DNA of 64,000 nucleotides from an uncultured Chthonomonadaceae bacterium (lineage in GTDB: Bacteria > Armatimonadota > Chthonomonadetes > Chthonomonadales > Chthonomonadaceae). A program made the position numbers and the translations under genes. The notes below the pieces were generated by a model. That model saw nothing but the letters and a program-made list of their open reading frames with translations, had not been told where the DNA came from and did not search any database. Shown in pieces: positions 19,816-30,754 of this stretch (its first letter is position 1; every line of letters begins with the position of its first letter). Where the stretch lies: positions 161,344-225,343 of the forward strand of contig CAWIEK010000001.1 of assembly GCA_963835065.1 (NCBI GenBank), written 5' to 3'.

Positions 19816-20394
19816 ATGAACATGATTAAATATTTGGGGCTAAAGTGGACGGCCACTATGATTGGACTGCTTCCCATTTTCTTGGCATTATTTTTGATGC
19901 TTAACGGATGTGGCTCTGGTGGCAGCAGTACCACAATTTTAGTTTTCGGGTATCGTCAATTGCCCGGGTCGGGAACACAAGTTCCCTTGCAAACTGATCC
20001 GGCTCCTACTCTCTCCATAACTCGGCCCCCGTTTTCTGCGGGAACAACGCCAGCGATCAGCATCGACTTGGTGACGCCCTACACCGGTCAGGTTCATCCG
20101 ATGGATAACAGCAATATCTATGAACCTGTGAACCAGTTCGCCTATGGGCGCGTGTTCAACGTGGATCCCTCTAAGACACGGGTTGTCATCTATGTACAGA
20201 CCAATCAGCTTTACATTCAGCCCCTCGATAGCTCGTACTGCACTATCTATTCTGGCGACACGTGGTATGCGCCTGTACATTCCGGTCGCGTTCTCGCCAT
20301 GGTAGTGTCGAACGGCTTCCAGGCTCCCGCTACCTACCAGTCTACTCCGGTAGCTGATGGTAATTCCATCCTCGCCGTTGCCCAACAGCCTTAA
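19816..20394 (+). CDS. Hypothetical lipoprotein with a small beta-sandwich-like domain
   Basis: LNGC lipobox; GAGG RBS; GRVFNV...VVIY...YIQP...TI...TW motif. Confidence 0.7.
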   Translation: MNMIKYLGLKWTATMIGLLPIFLALFLMLNGCGSGGSSTTILVFGYRQLPGSGTQVPLQTDPAPTLSITRPPFSAGTTPAISIDLVTPYTGQVHPMDNSNIYEPVNQFAYGRVFNVDPSKTRVVIYVQTNQLYIQPLDSSYCTIYSGDTWYAPVHSGRVLAMVVSNGFQAPATYQSTPVADGNSILAVAQQP

Positions 20395-20423
20395 CGGGCG
20401 ACAGATTTCTCAAAGGAGAGAAA

Positions 20424-21695
20424 ATGTTTACCTTCCGTTGTTCTCGTGACATCGCGCGCAGCGGCCTGATAATACCCGGCAGGCTGGGAGTTGCGCGACT
20501 TGGAATGCTTTCCGCGATGACGCTCGGCGTATGTGGGTGCGGTGGTGGCGGCAAAACCTCCTCAGTGATTCCGTCAACAGGAATTCCGTCAACCCCAACT
20601 AAATTGACTGTCACTGCCAAACCTGGCGCTATCACGATCTCGTGGAATGCCAGCGCCGGGGCGGCTCAGTATCAACTCTACCGCAGTACCCAATCGGGAG
20701 CGGAAACTGCCGATGGTAGCCCGACTACGACATTGAGCAGTGTGGAAGCTAGCATCCCGGCAGGGAAAACCTACTATTACCAGATCGCGGCGATAAATAG
20801 CGCTGGACAAAGTGTAAGGTCGAGTGAGGTCTCGGTCACACTACTGGATGCGGTGTATGGCCTGAACTTCAGTCCCTATACGCAATCCGGGCAGGACCCG
20901 AACAACTCTGCGAGCAGCACAGTCTCGCCCGGACAGGTGGATGCGCTGCTTCAGAAGATCAAGGGCTATACGTATTGGATACGTACATTCGGCACTCAAA
21001 ACGGGCTAGAAGCCATTCCGCTCAAGGCGAAGCAGCAAGGCTTTAGCACGGCAGTAGGCGCCTACATCGGCACTGATCCGGCGGTCAACAACGCTCAGAT
21101 CGCAAACTTGATCTCAGCGGCGCAGGCGGGAAACGTAAGCCTTGCCATTGTCGGCAACGAGTACCTGCTCGCCAACGACAACAGCCCGAACCCTGATCCC
21201 CAAGCCGAATCAAAGTTGATCGCCTACATTCAGCAGGTTAAGGCACAGACGAATATTAACGTGACTTACGCGGATACATGGGATGAGATTGTCAACAAGC
21301 ATCCGAACGTGATGAAGGCAGTGGATGTCATCGCCGTAAATATTTATCCGTTTTACGAGAACGCTACCATTGATCAGGCGCTTGCCAAACTGCAATCGGA
21401 CTATCAGCTTACCGTTCAGGCAGCAAACGGTAAACAGGTGATTATTACCGAGACTGGATGGCCCAGCTCCGGCGCGTCCCCGTCATTTAGCCCCGCCGCC
21501 GCGCCTTCGGCAGCGAATGCCGCCAAGTATTTCAACGACGTGGAGAATTGGGCGCGAACCTCAAACATTTCTCTGTTCTACTTCTCCGCATTCGATGAGC
21601 CTTATAAGGCTAACTACAACGATTATGCGTCGTGGGGTATCTGGGATACCAACGGCAATATGAAACCGGGTACGGCCAGCGTATTTTTGCACTGA
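20424..21695 (+). CDS. Lipoprotein, fibronectin type III + glycoside hydrolase family 17 (beta-1,3-glucanase-like)
   Basis: GLNFSPY, IRTFG, IVGNE, NIYPFYE, ITETGWPS, YFSAFDEPYK; FN3 pattern (ISWNAS...YYYQIAAINSAG). Confidence 0.85.
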   Translation: MFTFRCSRDIARSGLIIPGRLGVARLGMLSAMTLGVCGCGGGGKTSSVIPSTGIPSTPTKLTVTAKPGAITISWNASAGAAQYQLYRSTQSGAETADGSPTTTLSSVEASIPAGKTYYYQIAAINSAGQSVRSSEVSVTLLDAVYGLNFSPYTQSGQDPNNSASSTVSPGQVDALLQKIKGYTYWIRTFGTQNGLEAIPLKAKQQGFSTAVGAYIGTDPAVNNAQIANLISAAQAGNVSLAIVGNEYLLANDNSPNPDPQAESKLIAYIQQVKAQTNINVTYADTWDEIVNKHPNVMKAVDVIAVNIYPFYENATIDQALAKLQSDYQLTVQAANGKQVIITETGWPSSGASPSFSPAAAPSAANAAKYFNDVENWARTSNISLFYFSAFDEPYKANYNDYASWGIWDTNGNMKPGTASVFLH

Positions 21696-22265
21696 TGGAA
21701 GTGTATGATGAGGGTCTATCGTGTGTGCAGGACGGTAAAGCGGCTCATTCCAAGCGCGTCCCAGAACATTCGTATTGCGCTATCCGCGAGGGGGCAACAG
21801 ATTGTACAGCAAGATATCTCGCGCCCCCGACCGGTCAGAATAGTTCCACTACGACCTTCAGCGCTCTTCCTGTCATTTAAGGTTCTTCTCCAGATGCCTG
21901 CTCGCTCCACATCCTGATTTGGTTATTGTTTCCATGCTGCTTCTCCCTCTTCTGTCTGGACTGTCCACAACGTTGCCGGTAGTTTTAATTCTCTTGATTC
22001 CCTCTCAGCGACACCATAAATGTAACACACGCCCCGTACTTTGTCAATGCCGACTCCTATCGCCCGAATTCCTGAAAAATAATGACCTGGCGAATATTCC
22101 AAATTATGGCTCTCAAGAAGGATAGTCGCCGGGGTTTGTAGCAATAGCAGGTAGTGGCGCGGGCCACCGCCGACGAGCGCCTTGAAATCCCGAAACAGAA
22201 CCGACCCGCGCCGGGCAGTCGTTCAGACGCTCCGGCGTAGAGAAAACTCTTAGCGAGGAAACCTT

Positions 22266-23250
22266 ATGACGCGATGCAGCCGAAAGCAATTTCTGTCTCT
22301 GCTTCTTGTTTGCCTGATCGTTCCCCTCATGGCGTTTTCGCCACGCGAAATGCAGGGTTACGTATGTCCCCAACCACTTTCCCGCGCAGCCGGACAACCA
22401 GCCGATTGGGCCGGTACACGGCGGGGCGGCGGTGGATCGCGCCGGCAATGTCTACATCAGCACGGACACCCCGCGCGGCATCCTGGTCTTCGGGCCGGAC
22501 GGCAAATATCGGCGCTGTTTCGGGCCGGAACAGATTCATGGACTATACCTGACGCGCGAGCGCGATGGCGAATACCTCTATGCCGCCCGCCCCAATTTCC
22601 ACGAAGTTCTCAAAATCAAAACCGATGGCACGTCGGCCTGGACGATGGGCTACCCGGCAGAGGCCGGCATCTACGCCAAAGCCGAGGAGTTCAACCCGAC
22701 GAATATGGTTGCCCTGCCCGACGGCACGATCTTTGTCGCGGACGGGTACGGCAAGAATTACATTCACAAGTACGACCGTGACCGCAAGTACCTGAAGTCG
22801 TTCGGCGGGCCGGGGGGAGTGCCGGCGGAAGACGGCAAGTTCAACCGCTGTCACGGCCTGGCGGTGGACACGCGCGGCCCGAAGCCCCTGCTCATCGTCT
22901 GCAACCGCGAGAGTGGCCGCGTGGAGCAATGGGATACGGACGGCAATCTGGTGAAAGTGCTGCAGCGCAACCTGCGTATGCCGGCAGCCGTTCATGTTGC
23001 GGGCGATTACATCGCTGTCGCCGAACTACAGGGGCGCGTCACGATTCTGGGCAAGGATAACAGCATCGTCGCCCAGATCGGGGACAATCCCAACACAACC
23101 CAACGCGCCAACTTCGGCCTGGAACCGGCGCAGTGGACGGAGGGCATCTGCAACTCTCCGCACGGTATCTCGTTCGACCGCGCCGGTAATCTGGTCGTTT
23201 CCGAGTGGAGCAAATTCGGACGGCTTCACCTGTTCACGATCAAACGCTAG
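22266..23250 (+). pseudogene. Secreted NHL-repeat beta-propeller protein, frameshift at about 22340-22365 (possibly assembly error)
   Basis: Signal peptide in frame 22266; ...PVHGGAAVDRAGNVY, FVADGYG, FNRCHGLAVD, NSPHGISFD in frame 22432. Confidence 0.75.
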
Positions 23251-23290
23251 CCAGTACGCGGTTGCGGCCCCGCCTGAATGGAAGGCATTT

Positions 23291-24410
23291 ATGAAACACG
23301 TATCCTGCGGTGTGAAAGGATGGGGCGTCCTGTCGCTCCTTTTCCTGAGCGTTGTTTCTCATGGAGCGGACACGCCGCCCTTGACAGTCGGCCTCTGGAA
23401 GAACATCACGCCTGCGGGCGTCCCCATGAGCGCGGCCAATCATGTGTTTTGTCAGGGCATGGCTATTGATCCGAAGCGCCCCTCCACGCTGTATCTTTGC
23501 GTCTGCGCTTATGAAGCAGCCAAAGGCGGACTGTATAAGACGACCGACCGGGGTTCGCACTGGTCCCGGATTGGGAACCTGGATGAACCGATCCATATCG
23601 CCGTTGACCCGCATCATTCCAACCATTTGTATTGCGTGGACGGGGTACGCGGCTCCACGCAGGGGTTCTGGATTTCCACCGATGGCGGCGCTTCCTGGAC
23701 CTTGCCGCCCGGCTTTGCGGCGGCAACGCAGCCCCCGATAGGAACGCGAGACCTGTATTCCCTCGCCGTGGATCCGACGGACTTTCAATCATGTCCTGGT
23801 CAGTTTCCATTCGCCCTGGAGGGACTCCAACAATTGTGGCGTTCTGGAAAGCCGTGACGGGGGAACCACCTGGATTAGCCATAATCCTCCGGCGGGTTCG
23901 GCAGGGGGCTATGGCATGGCGGTGTTCTTCCTGTATGATCCCGCCACCAAACAGGGAGATAAGAACACATGGCTGTTCACCGCGCAGGCGGGCGGCTTCT
24001 ATCGAACGACGGACGCGGGTTCCACGTGGTCGCAAGCGTATCCGCTTCAAATGACACATGGCGGCAATCAACTCTATCGCGCCAAAAACGGGGTTCTGTA
24101 TGCCGGCGCGTATCAATACCCGGTGCGCAGCGTGGACAACGGCGCGAGTTGGCAGCCGCTTAAGCAGGGGCTTGTGTACAGTTGGTACATGGGCATCTGC
24201 GGCGATGGGAAGAATTTGTATACCGGTTGCGTCAACGCCCATCAGCCGTTCTTCACCTCCCCCGAAAAGGACGGCGTGACCTGGACAGCCTACGGAAACG
24301 GGGCGCAGACGTTTTCCGAAGAGCCGTTTGAAATGGGGTACGACGCCGCCAACCATATCCTGTATTCGGCCAGTTGGAGCGAGGGCCTGCTCGCCCTCAA
24401 AATCAGATAA
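23291..24410 (+). pseudogene. Secreted BNR/Asp-box repeat propeller protein, frameshift at about 23783 (extra T)
   Basis: KTTDRGSHW, ISTDGGASW, RTTDAGSTW, RSVDNGASW repeats; removing one T restores DPTDFNHVLVSFHSPW. Confidence 0.8.
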
Positions 24411-24413
24411 CAG

Positions 24414-24496
24414 GAAGCGTGGAAGGGGGGTACGCGATTTGCGAACTGCTGCTGAAAAAGAGCGCGGCCCCGGCACTGCAAAACAAAGCGAGAAAC
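24414..24496 (+). repeat. Relic copy of ankyrin gene sequence
   Basis: 24431-24489 matches 30119-30177 at 55 of 59 positions; 24414-24426 equals 29059-29071. Confidence 0.8.
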
Positions 24497-24521
24497 TTTT
24501 CAATCCGCCGAAAGATCAGTG

Positions 24522-26057
24522 TCACGGCTTTTGAGACGCGAGTTGTTGAGCGGCAAACGGCGGGCGGTACACCCGAATGGCGGCAAGCGGTATCGCGGAA
24601 CTGCCGCTAATTTCCAGCGTGTGCTTGCCGTTGGTTAATCCCTGCGCGATAGTCATAGCCGCCTCCATTGTTTTGTCCTGCGTGGCAGGCGCGGTGAACG
24701 TATCCTCGAAATGCGGAACCACGTTCCAGTGAACCGTGAACTTGTCCGGCACAGGCTTGACGCCGGGGAGCATCAGGGAGTATTCCACGTTCCAATCGTC
24801 CGGCTCAATCACAATGCGGCCTGAATTGGACACAAACTTCTGGTCGGAACGCCCCGCGCCATCCATCCCGGTTTTCGATCCCGACAGCGTAAACGTAAAT
24901 TGTTTCGGGTTCGCCGGGTTTTTCGTTACTTCCATCGTCCATTCTTCCACCAGCAGCGGTTTTGCCGAACCCACTTGCAATATTACCGGCCACTTGCCTC
25001 CGGGCGTAGACAGAGCGCGGGTGAACCCGTACAACTCTGGAATGTCCGAAGGCTTTTTGCCGTCAATGCGTATGTCGGCGGGCATTCTCACATTGGACTT
25101 TGTGACCGCGCGGGTTGCCGAAGCCGTGCTAATTGCCGCCGCATTGATTGTCGCCGTCGCGCCATTTTTGGCGATTAAATCCACGCGGTTGCCGTCGAAG
25201 GGCAGAGTTAATTTGCCGTCTTTCCAGCGAACATCCTTGCCTACCATGTACGTTTGAACCGTGTTGCAGCGCATGGGATTAATATGCGTGTCTTTACGGG
25301 GCACAAGGTACGCCTTGACCAGTTCGCTCATCAAATAATTGCCGTAAGCGTTCTGGTGAACGCCGTCCTGAAGCAATTGCGCGGCGTGAACGTTGTTGTC
25401 GCGCAGGTACTGCTTCCACAAATTGCGCTGATCCACCATGCCGCAGTCGTACTTTTTGGCGACAGTGGGCAGGTGCAGGTAGTTCATAAACGAGTTCCAG
25501 ATTTTGCCGTCCGGGCGCAATTTGGCGGGATCGGTTTCCTCATTCAAGTCTTCGTCGCGGGTAACGTGATCGGTTTGTATGAGAACTTCGGCAGTCGTGC
25601 GTTCCCGTGTTCGGCGTATAATGTCCTCGTACTTGTCGTGCGCCCCATACACATGAAAAATCATCAGGTCGGGGTAAAACGGGTACAGGTCGGATTCGGC
25701 GGTTTTCACCAGCAGTTGCGAGGAAAAGCCGCCAAGCGCGCGGTTTTCAATAATCAAGTTGGCGTTGGGAAAGCGGCGCTTCAAATCGTCGGCGACATCC
25801 TTCCACCAGTATTGTTCCGTAATGGATTGCCCGTAAAACAGGATGCGGACAGTATTATGATGCGTGGGGGTACTGGACGCGAGCAGCGTCATGGTGCGCT
25901 GGATGTGCAGGCCGAGCGTGGCCGGGTCGCCCACATTCTTCGGCGGCGGATAGGCATTTTTCTCCTGCGCCATTGTCGGTACAATGGAACCGGCAAGCAG
26001 GCAGGCAAGCGCAAGCCCGGTTCTGACGCCAAAGTAAAGGTTGAATGTTGGCAACAT
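24522..26057 (-). CDS. Secreted SGNH/GDSL hydrolase-like protein
   Basis: FYGQSIT, NRALGG, DGVH; signal peptide. Confidence 0.75.
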   Translation of the reverse strand: MLPTFNLYFGVRTGLALACLLAGSIVPTMAQEKNAYPPPKNVGDPATLGLHIQRTMTLLASSTPTHHNTVRILFYGQSITEQYWWKDVADDLKRRFPNANLIIENRALGGFSSQLLVKTAESDLYPFYPDLMIFHVYGAHDKYEDIIRRTRERTTAEVLIQTDHVTRDEDLNEETDPAKLRPDGKIWNSFMNYLHLPTVAKKYDCGMVDQRNLWKQYLRDNNVHAAQLLQDGVHQNAYGNYLMSELVKAYLVPRKDTHINPMRCNTVQTYMVGKDVRWKDGKLTLPFDGNRVDLIAKNGATATINAAAISTASATRAVTKSNVRMPADIRIDGKKPSDIPELYGFTRALSTPGGKWPVILQVGSAKPLLVEEWTMEVTKNPANPKQFTFTLSGSKTGMDGAGRSDQKFVSNSGRIVIEPDDWNVEYSLMLPGVKPVPDKFTVHWNVVPHFEDTFTAPATQDKTMEAAMTIAQGLTNGKHTLEISGSSAIPLAAIRVYRPPFAAQQLASQKP

Positions 26058-26300
26058 GATTTGTGGTTTCCTTCAAGCGGATGAAAAACATCAGAAAGGT
26101 ATCTTTTACAGTACCTGATAATACCTGTTCGCAGAGAGTTTCCCGCCGTTGGCAGGACGGAAATATTGTTCAAGTGACGCTTTTTGGTGGAAAAAGCACA
26201 GGTGCAAAGCGGGAAGTTGTCGAAGATAGTAGTGTTTTGTTGCTGCATAACCGAAGTCCGTAGGCGTTGTGAACGTAAAATTGTGGAGAGAATAAAGAAG

Positions 26301-29060
26301 ATGCGCCGTACAAACTGTTGGGTCTATTGCTCTGCCATCGTTGTGATTCCTCTTTGGCTTCAAGCGCAAACCGCGCGGGCGGCTCCACCTCCCAAACCGG
26401 CCAAATCCAAGCCGTCTGCCGGACTGCCGCTGAAACTGAAGCCATCGGGCAGGTATGTGGAAGATTCCAGGCAACCGCCCTTGTTTGCGGCGGCATTGAC
26501 GGACGATCTGCCGCGCGTCAAGGCGCTGCTGGCGAAAGGGGCCGATCCCAATACGCGCGACATGGACGGCTCCATGACGGCGCTGATGGCGGCGGCTCTC
26601 AACGGCAACGCGCAAATGTGTCGCGTCTTGCTGGACGCGGGCGCGAAAGCCGATCTTAACGATGGGGATGCGGACAAGAACACCGTGCTGTATTACGCTG
26701 CGGGTTCAGGCAACATAGCAGTGGTTCGCTTGTTTCTCACGCCCGGCAGCGACAAGCCTACGCTCAATCACAGCCTGAGCGCGGCAACAATCGGCGGGCA
26801 TGAGGACATTCTGAAACTGCTGCTGGCACAGGGCGCCGATCCCAACGCCGAAGGCTGGGCCGGAACAACGCCGCTCCAATTTGCTGTTGAAGGCAATAAC
26901 GCCGCCATTGCCAACCTGCTGCTTGACGCCAAAGCCGACCCCAACCTGCGCGATGGGGAAGGCCAAACGCCGCTGATGCTGGCGGCGGAAAAGTCGCGCC
27001 TCGACATGGTCGCCCTGTTGCTTAAACGCGGCGCAAATGTGAACGCCAAGGACGAGCTGGGCAAAACCGCGCTGCTGTATGCGACGGGCAAACAGCGCGA
27101 CGCCCTGCGCGCCCTGCTCCTCAACGCGGGAGCCAAAGAATTCCCGCCCAATCTGTTCGACGCCGCACGGCAAAGCGACATTAAAACCGTTCGCGCGCTG
27201 CTGGCAAAGGGCGCGAACCCGAACGAAACCGATGAAAAGGGATGGACGCCCCTGTTCTATGCGGTGAAATCGGGTGGGATGCGCGATACCAATGTCATTC
27301 AGGCGTTGCTGGAAAGCGGCGCAAACCCCAACATTCGCGCCAAAGATGGAGCAACGCCGCTTTCCTTCGCCAAAACAGTAAATGCTGTGGAACTTCTTCC
27401 CCTCCTGCGGCGGGCGGGCGCGGATGCCCCGGAACTTGAGTTGATGGAGGCTCTTAAAGCCGGGGAAACGGAGCGGTTCAAAGAACTGCTTGCCACGATT
27501 CCCGACATCAACGCCAAGAATGAACAAGGCGAGACCGCCCTGACAATGGCCTGCGACATGGGCAGCCACGAAATAATTCAACTGCTGCTGGCAAAGGGCG
27601 CGGATGTCAACGCCACGGACAGGCAGAAGTGGACGCCTTTGTTTCATCTTGTCGGAGGCAGCGATACGGAAGCCGTAAAAGCCCTGCTGGACAGGGGAGC
27701 CAACATCAACGCGAAGGACGAAAGCGGGTTGACTCCCCTGATGCTGGCGAACCCCCATAGCCTGCCTATGTTTCAACTGCTGCTGGAGCGGGGCGCGGAC
27801 GTGAACGCCAAAACGGAGCGCGGTCGAAGTGTGCTGACAGGGATGGCCGATACCGCCGCCCCACAAATCCTGCAATTGCTGTTGAGCAAGGGAGTGGATG
27901 TCAACGCGCTGTCGCGGGACGGGGAAACCGCGCTGTCCAGCGCCGTAGGCAGGCTCAATCTCGCCAATGTCCGGCTGCTGCTCGATCACAATGCCGATGT
28001 CAATGTCGTGGAAAAACTGACGGGAACGACGCTCCTGATGCTCGCGGCGAGAGGCGGCTACCAACCTGCAAAAGACGATCCTGACGCGCGGGAAAACTTC
28101 AAGCCGGAAAACAGCGTTATCATCACCCGCCTGCTGCTGGCAAAAGGCGTGAAGGTAAACGCCAAAGACAGAATGGGACGGACGGCGCTGGCGATTGCCC
28201 GCAAGTCGGAAAATGACGAATTGGCCGCTTTGCTGGTGAAAGCGGGCGCGCAAGCCCCGCGCTCCTCCCCCGGCAGCGACCTGTACACAGCCGTAGACCG
28301 GGATGATATTGTTGCCGCGCAGCAACTGCTCGCGCGCGGAGTTTCCCCCAATACATTCGATCAGGATGGCTATACGCCCCTGATGCTGACGGCTCTGCGC
28401 GGACGGACAATTCTGGTGAAACTGCTGCTGGCGCATGGCGCGCAGCCGGATTTGCACAAAGCCCCGGACGCAACTCCCCTGACAATGGCGTGTGAGGAGG
28501 GGCATCTGGAAATTGTTCGGCTGCTGATCGGCAAAGGCGCGAATCCCAACATTCGCAACGAAATCGGACAAACGCCCCTGATGCTGGCGGCGACAAAGCA
28601 TCAGGCGGAGGTCTGTCGTCTGCTGCTGGCAAAGGGCGTCAATGTCAATGCCGCAGACCTCAGTGGCATGACGCCCTTGATGTACGCCGCGTATACGTCC
28701 AACACAACTGTCGCGCAAATCCTGCTGGAGGCCCATGCGCAGGTCAATGCGCGTACGCGGCAGGGCATAACGGCCTTGATGCTGGCGGCGCAGGCCGGGT
28801 TCGAGGATGTTATCAAATTGCTGCTGGCGCATAAAGCCGACGTGGACGCGAAAACGCCCGAACACGACACCGCGCTGCTGCTGGCGGCGGAACGCGGGCA
28901 ACTGGAAGCCGCGCGCCTGCTGCTTGCCGCCGGCGCAGACCCCAACGCGCATAACGACAACCATGACACGCCGCTATCCCAAGCCGAAAAAGCGGACAAC
29001 GCCGATCTCATCAGCCTGCTGAAACATCTGGGCGCAAAAGATACGGAGGCAAAGCCATGA
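26301..29060 (+). CDS. Secreted ankyrin-repeat protein (more than 20 repeats)
   Basis: Many G-x-TPLM-x-AA...LL-x-x-GADVN repeats; signal peptide ending ARA. Confidence 0.92.
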   Translation: MRRTNCWVYCSAIVVIPLWLQAQTARAAPPPKPAKSKPSAGLPLKLKPSGRYVEDSRQPPLFAAALTDDLPRVKALLAKGADPNTRDMDGSMTALMAAALNGNAQMCRVLLDAGAKADLNDGDADKNTVLYYAAGSGNIAVVRLFLTPGSDKPTLNHSLSAATIGGHEDILKLLLAQGADPNAEGWAGTTPLQFAVEGNNAAIANLLLDAKADPNLRDGEGQTPLMLAAEKSRLDMVALLLKRGANVNAKDELGKTALLYATGKQRDALRALLLNAGAKEFPPNLFDAARQSDIKTVRALLAKGANPNETDEKGWTPLFYAVKSGGMRDTNVIQALLESGANPNIRAKDGATPLSFAKTVNAVELLPLLRRAGADAPELELMEALKAGETERFKELLATIPDINAKNEQGETALTMACDMGSHEIIQLLLAKGADVNATDRQKWTPLFHLVGGSDTEAVKALLDRGANINAKDESGLTPLMLANPHSLPMFQLLLERGADVNAKTERGRSVLTGMADTAAPQILQLLLSKGVDVNALSRDGETALSSAVGRLNLANVRLLLDHNADVNVVEKLTGTTLLMLAARGGYQPAKDDPDARENFKPENSVIITRLLLAKGVKVNAKDRMGRTALAIARKSENDELAALLVKAGAQAPRSSPGSDLYTAVDRDDIVAAQQLLARGVSPNTFDQDGYTPLMLTALRGRTILVKLLLAHGAQPDLHKAPDATPLTMACEEGHLEIVRLLIGKGANPNIRNEIGQTPLMLAATKHQAEVCRLLLAKGVNVNAADLSGMTPLMYAAYTSNTTVAQILLEAHAQVNARTRQGITALMLAAQAGFEDVIKLLLAHKADVDAKTPEHDTALLLAAERGQLEAARLLLAAGADPNAHNDNHDTPLSQAEKADNADLISLLKHLGAKDTEAKP

Positions 29061-29113
29061 AGCGTGGAAGGAGGGGGCGGAAACAAGTGGAGGGGAAACA
29101 GAGAAAGATAAAG

Positions 29114-30259
29114 ATGAAAAAGAGCCTGGCCGCGCGCGTTTGCAGTCTGGCGCTTCCGGCAGTGTTCGGCATCGGCGTATGCCTGCTGCCGACAAGCCTC
29201 TGCCACGCCTCGCCGCCAAAGAAGGCTGGAGCAAAACCGCGCGCCGCTTCCAAAACGGATGCGAGTAAAGCCACGCTGCCCCAGCGCCTGATACAGGCCG
29301 TTCAGCAGGGCGACGCCGACGAAGTGGAAACTCTGCTGGCAACAGGAGGGAACCCGAACGCCGTTGATACTCAGGGCAGGCCGCTGCTGGTACAGGCGGT
29401 CTTAAGCGGAAAACCGGACATCATCGGCAACACGGAGAAAATGGGCGACGCGGACATCGTACTGCTGCTTCTGGAGCGGGGCGCAAAGATCAATGCGCGC
29501 GGACCGAACGGCAATACCGCCTTTGCCCTGTCCGCAACGGTGGGCAACAAAGAGATTTGCGAACTGCTGATACAGCGCGGAGCCGACATCAACACGGCGG
29601 ACAACAAAGGGATTACGCCGCTGATGTATGCGGTGGCGCGCTCCAATCTGGACATCGTAAACCTGCTGCTGACGAAACCGGTCAACATCAATGCCAAAAT
29701 GCGTGATGGCGTCACCGCGCTTTCCCTGTGTGTCCTGTTGATGCAGGCGCAGGAAGAGAAGCAGGCAAAGTCGAGACTGTCGGTCCTGCCTTCCGCGCAA
29801 TTTTTGAAAGATGTGGTTCGGGAAGATATTTTTGTCGCGCTGTTGGAGAAAGACGCGGATGTGAACGCCCGGCTGACCGACGGCATCACCATTCCGATGC
29901 TGGTGGCGGCCATTGGCTCCGATAAGATGCTGCGCCTGACGCTGAACAGGGGCGTGGACATCAACGCGCAGGCGGCTGTCGGCACAACCGCGCTGATGGC
30001 CGCTGCGGAAACCGGGAACGCGCCCGGCGTGAAAATTCTGCTTGCCGGAGGAGCCGACCCCAACATCAAAAACAACGCGGGCGTCACCGCGCTGATGATA
30101 GCGGCGCAAAAGGGGCGCTACGTGATTTGCGAACTGCTGCTGAAAAAGGGCGCGGACCCGGCCCTGCAAAACAAAGCCGGGGAAACCGCCCGCGCCCTTG
30201 CGGAAAACGCGAACCTGACGGGCATCGTCAATCTGCTCAAACAGGCAGAAAAGCCGTAG
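29114..30259 (+). CDS. Secreted ankyrin-repeat protein
   Basis: Signal peptide followed by about 9 ankyrin repeats. Confidence 0.9.
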   Translation: MKKSLAARVCSLALPAVFGIGVCLLPTSLCHASPPKKAGAKPRAASKTDASKATLPQRLIQAVQQGDADEVETLLATGGNPNAVDTQGRPLLVQAVLSGKPDIIGNTEKMGDADIVLLLLERGAKINARGPNGNTAFALSATVGNKEICELLIQRGADINTADNKGITPLMYAVARSNLDIVNLLLTKPVNINAKMRDGVTALSLCVLLMQAQEEKQAKSRLSVLPSAQFLKDVVREDIFVALLEKDADVNARLTDGITIPMLVAAIGSDKMLRLTLNRGVDINAQAAVGTTALMAAAETGNAPGVKILLAGGADPNIKNNAGVTALMIAAQKGRYVICELLLKKGADPALQNKAGETARALAENANLTGIVNLLKQAEKP

Positions 30260-30282
30260 CCGCGTTCGCGGCATTTGCCCTG

Positions 30283-30720
30283 TCAGGCGGATACGGCGGC
30301 TTCATTCGGCTCGATAGCGTTTTCGTTCGTGGACAGGCCGGTGATAATTTCGATCAGGTTGCCGTCGGGGTCGCGCAAGTGCGCGGTTCGCATCATCCAC
30401 AGCGGGCGATCCTGCGCGGGCGTGTCTATGACAACGCCTTTGGCTTCCAACTGCGCGACGGTTGCATCCACGTTGTCCACTTCAAAGACAATGGCGCAGG
30501 CGTCCTGACACGCTCCATAAGCAGGCTTGTGCGTCGTGCCGACAGCCTCGGCCATGTGCGTTTTGCCGAACAAAGCGAGCGTGACCGCGCCGCCGACAGA
30601 CAGTTCCGTGTATTCGCCGTCCGGGTCGGCAAACAGTTGTTCCAACCCCAGCTTGTCGCGGTAAAACGCAAGGCTGGTGTTCATGTCGTTGACGAGCAGG
30701 CGGATGTTGAGCAACTTCAT
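30283..30720 (-). CDS. VOC/glyoxalase family protein
   Basis: LLVND..SLAFYRDKLGL, FEVDNVD, RDPDGNLIEI; AAGGAG RBS. Confidence 0.9.
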   Translation of the reverse strand: MKLLNIRLLVNDMNTSLAFYRDKLGLEQLFADPDGEYTELSVGGAVTLALFGKTHMAEAVGTTHKPAYGACQDACAIVFEVDNVDATVAQLEAKGVVIDTPAQDRPLWMMRTAHLRDPDGNLIEIITGLSTNENAIEPNEAAVSA

Positions 30721-30754
30721 GGCAAACTCCTTTTGGGTAGAGAAGGGTGAGAAG

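Noticed and set aside
22100..22265. Possible riboswitch upstream of the NHL-repeat gene
   Set aside because: GC-rich with hairpin potential, but I could not match any known aptamer consensus.
26706..28964. 752-aa minus-strand ORF, and similar long antisense ORFs (45967..48090, 56870..58075, 36748..37884, 11837..12949, 6086..7033)
   Set aside because: They are shadow frames of well-supported genes on the opposite strand in GC-rich DNA and have no recognisable motifs.
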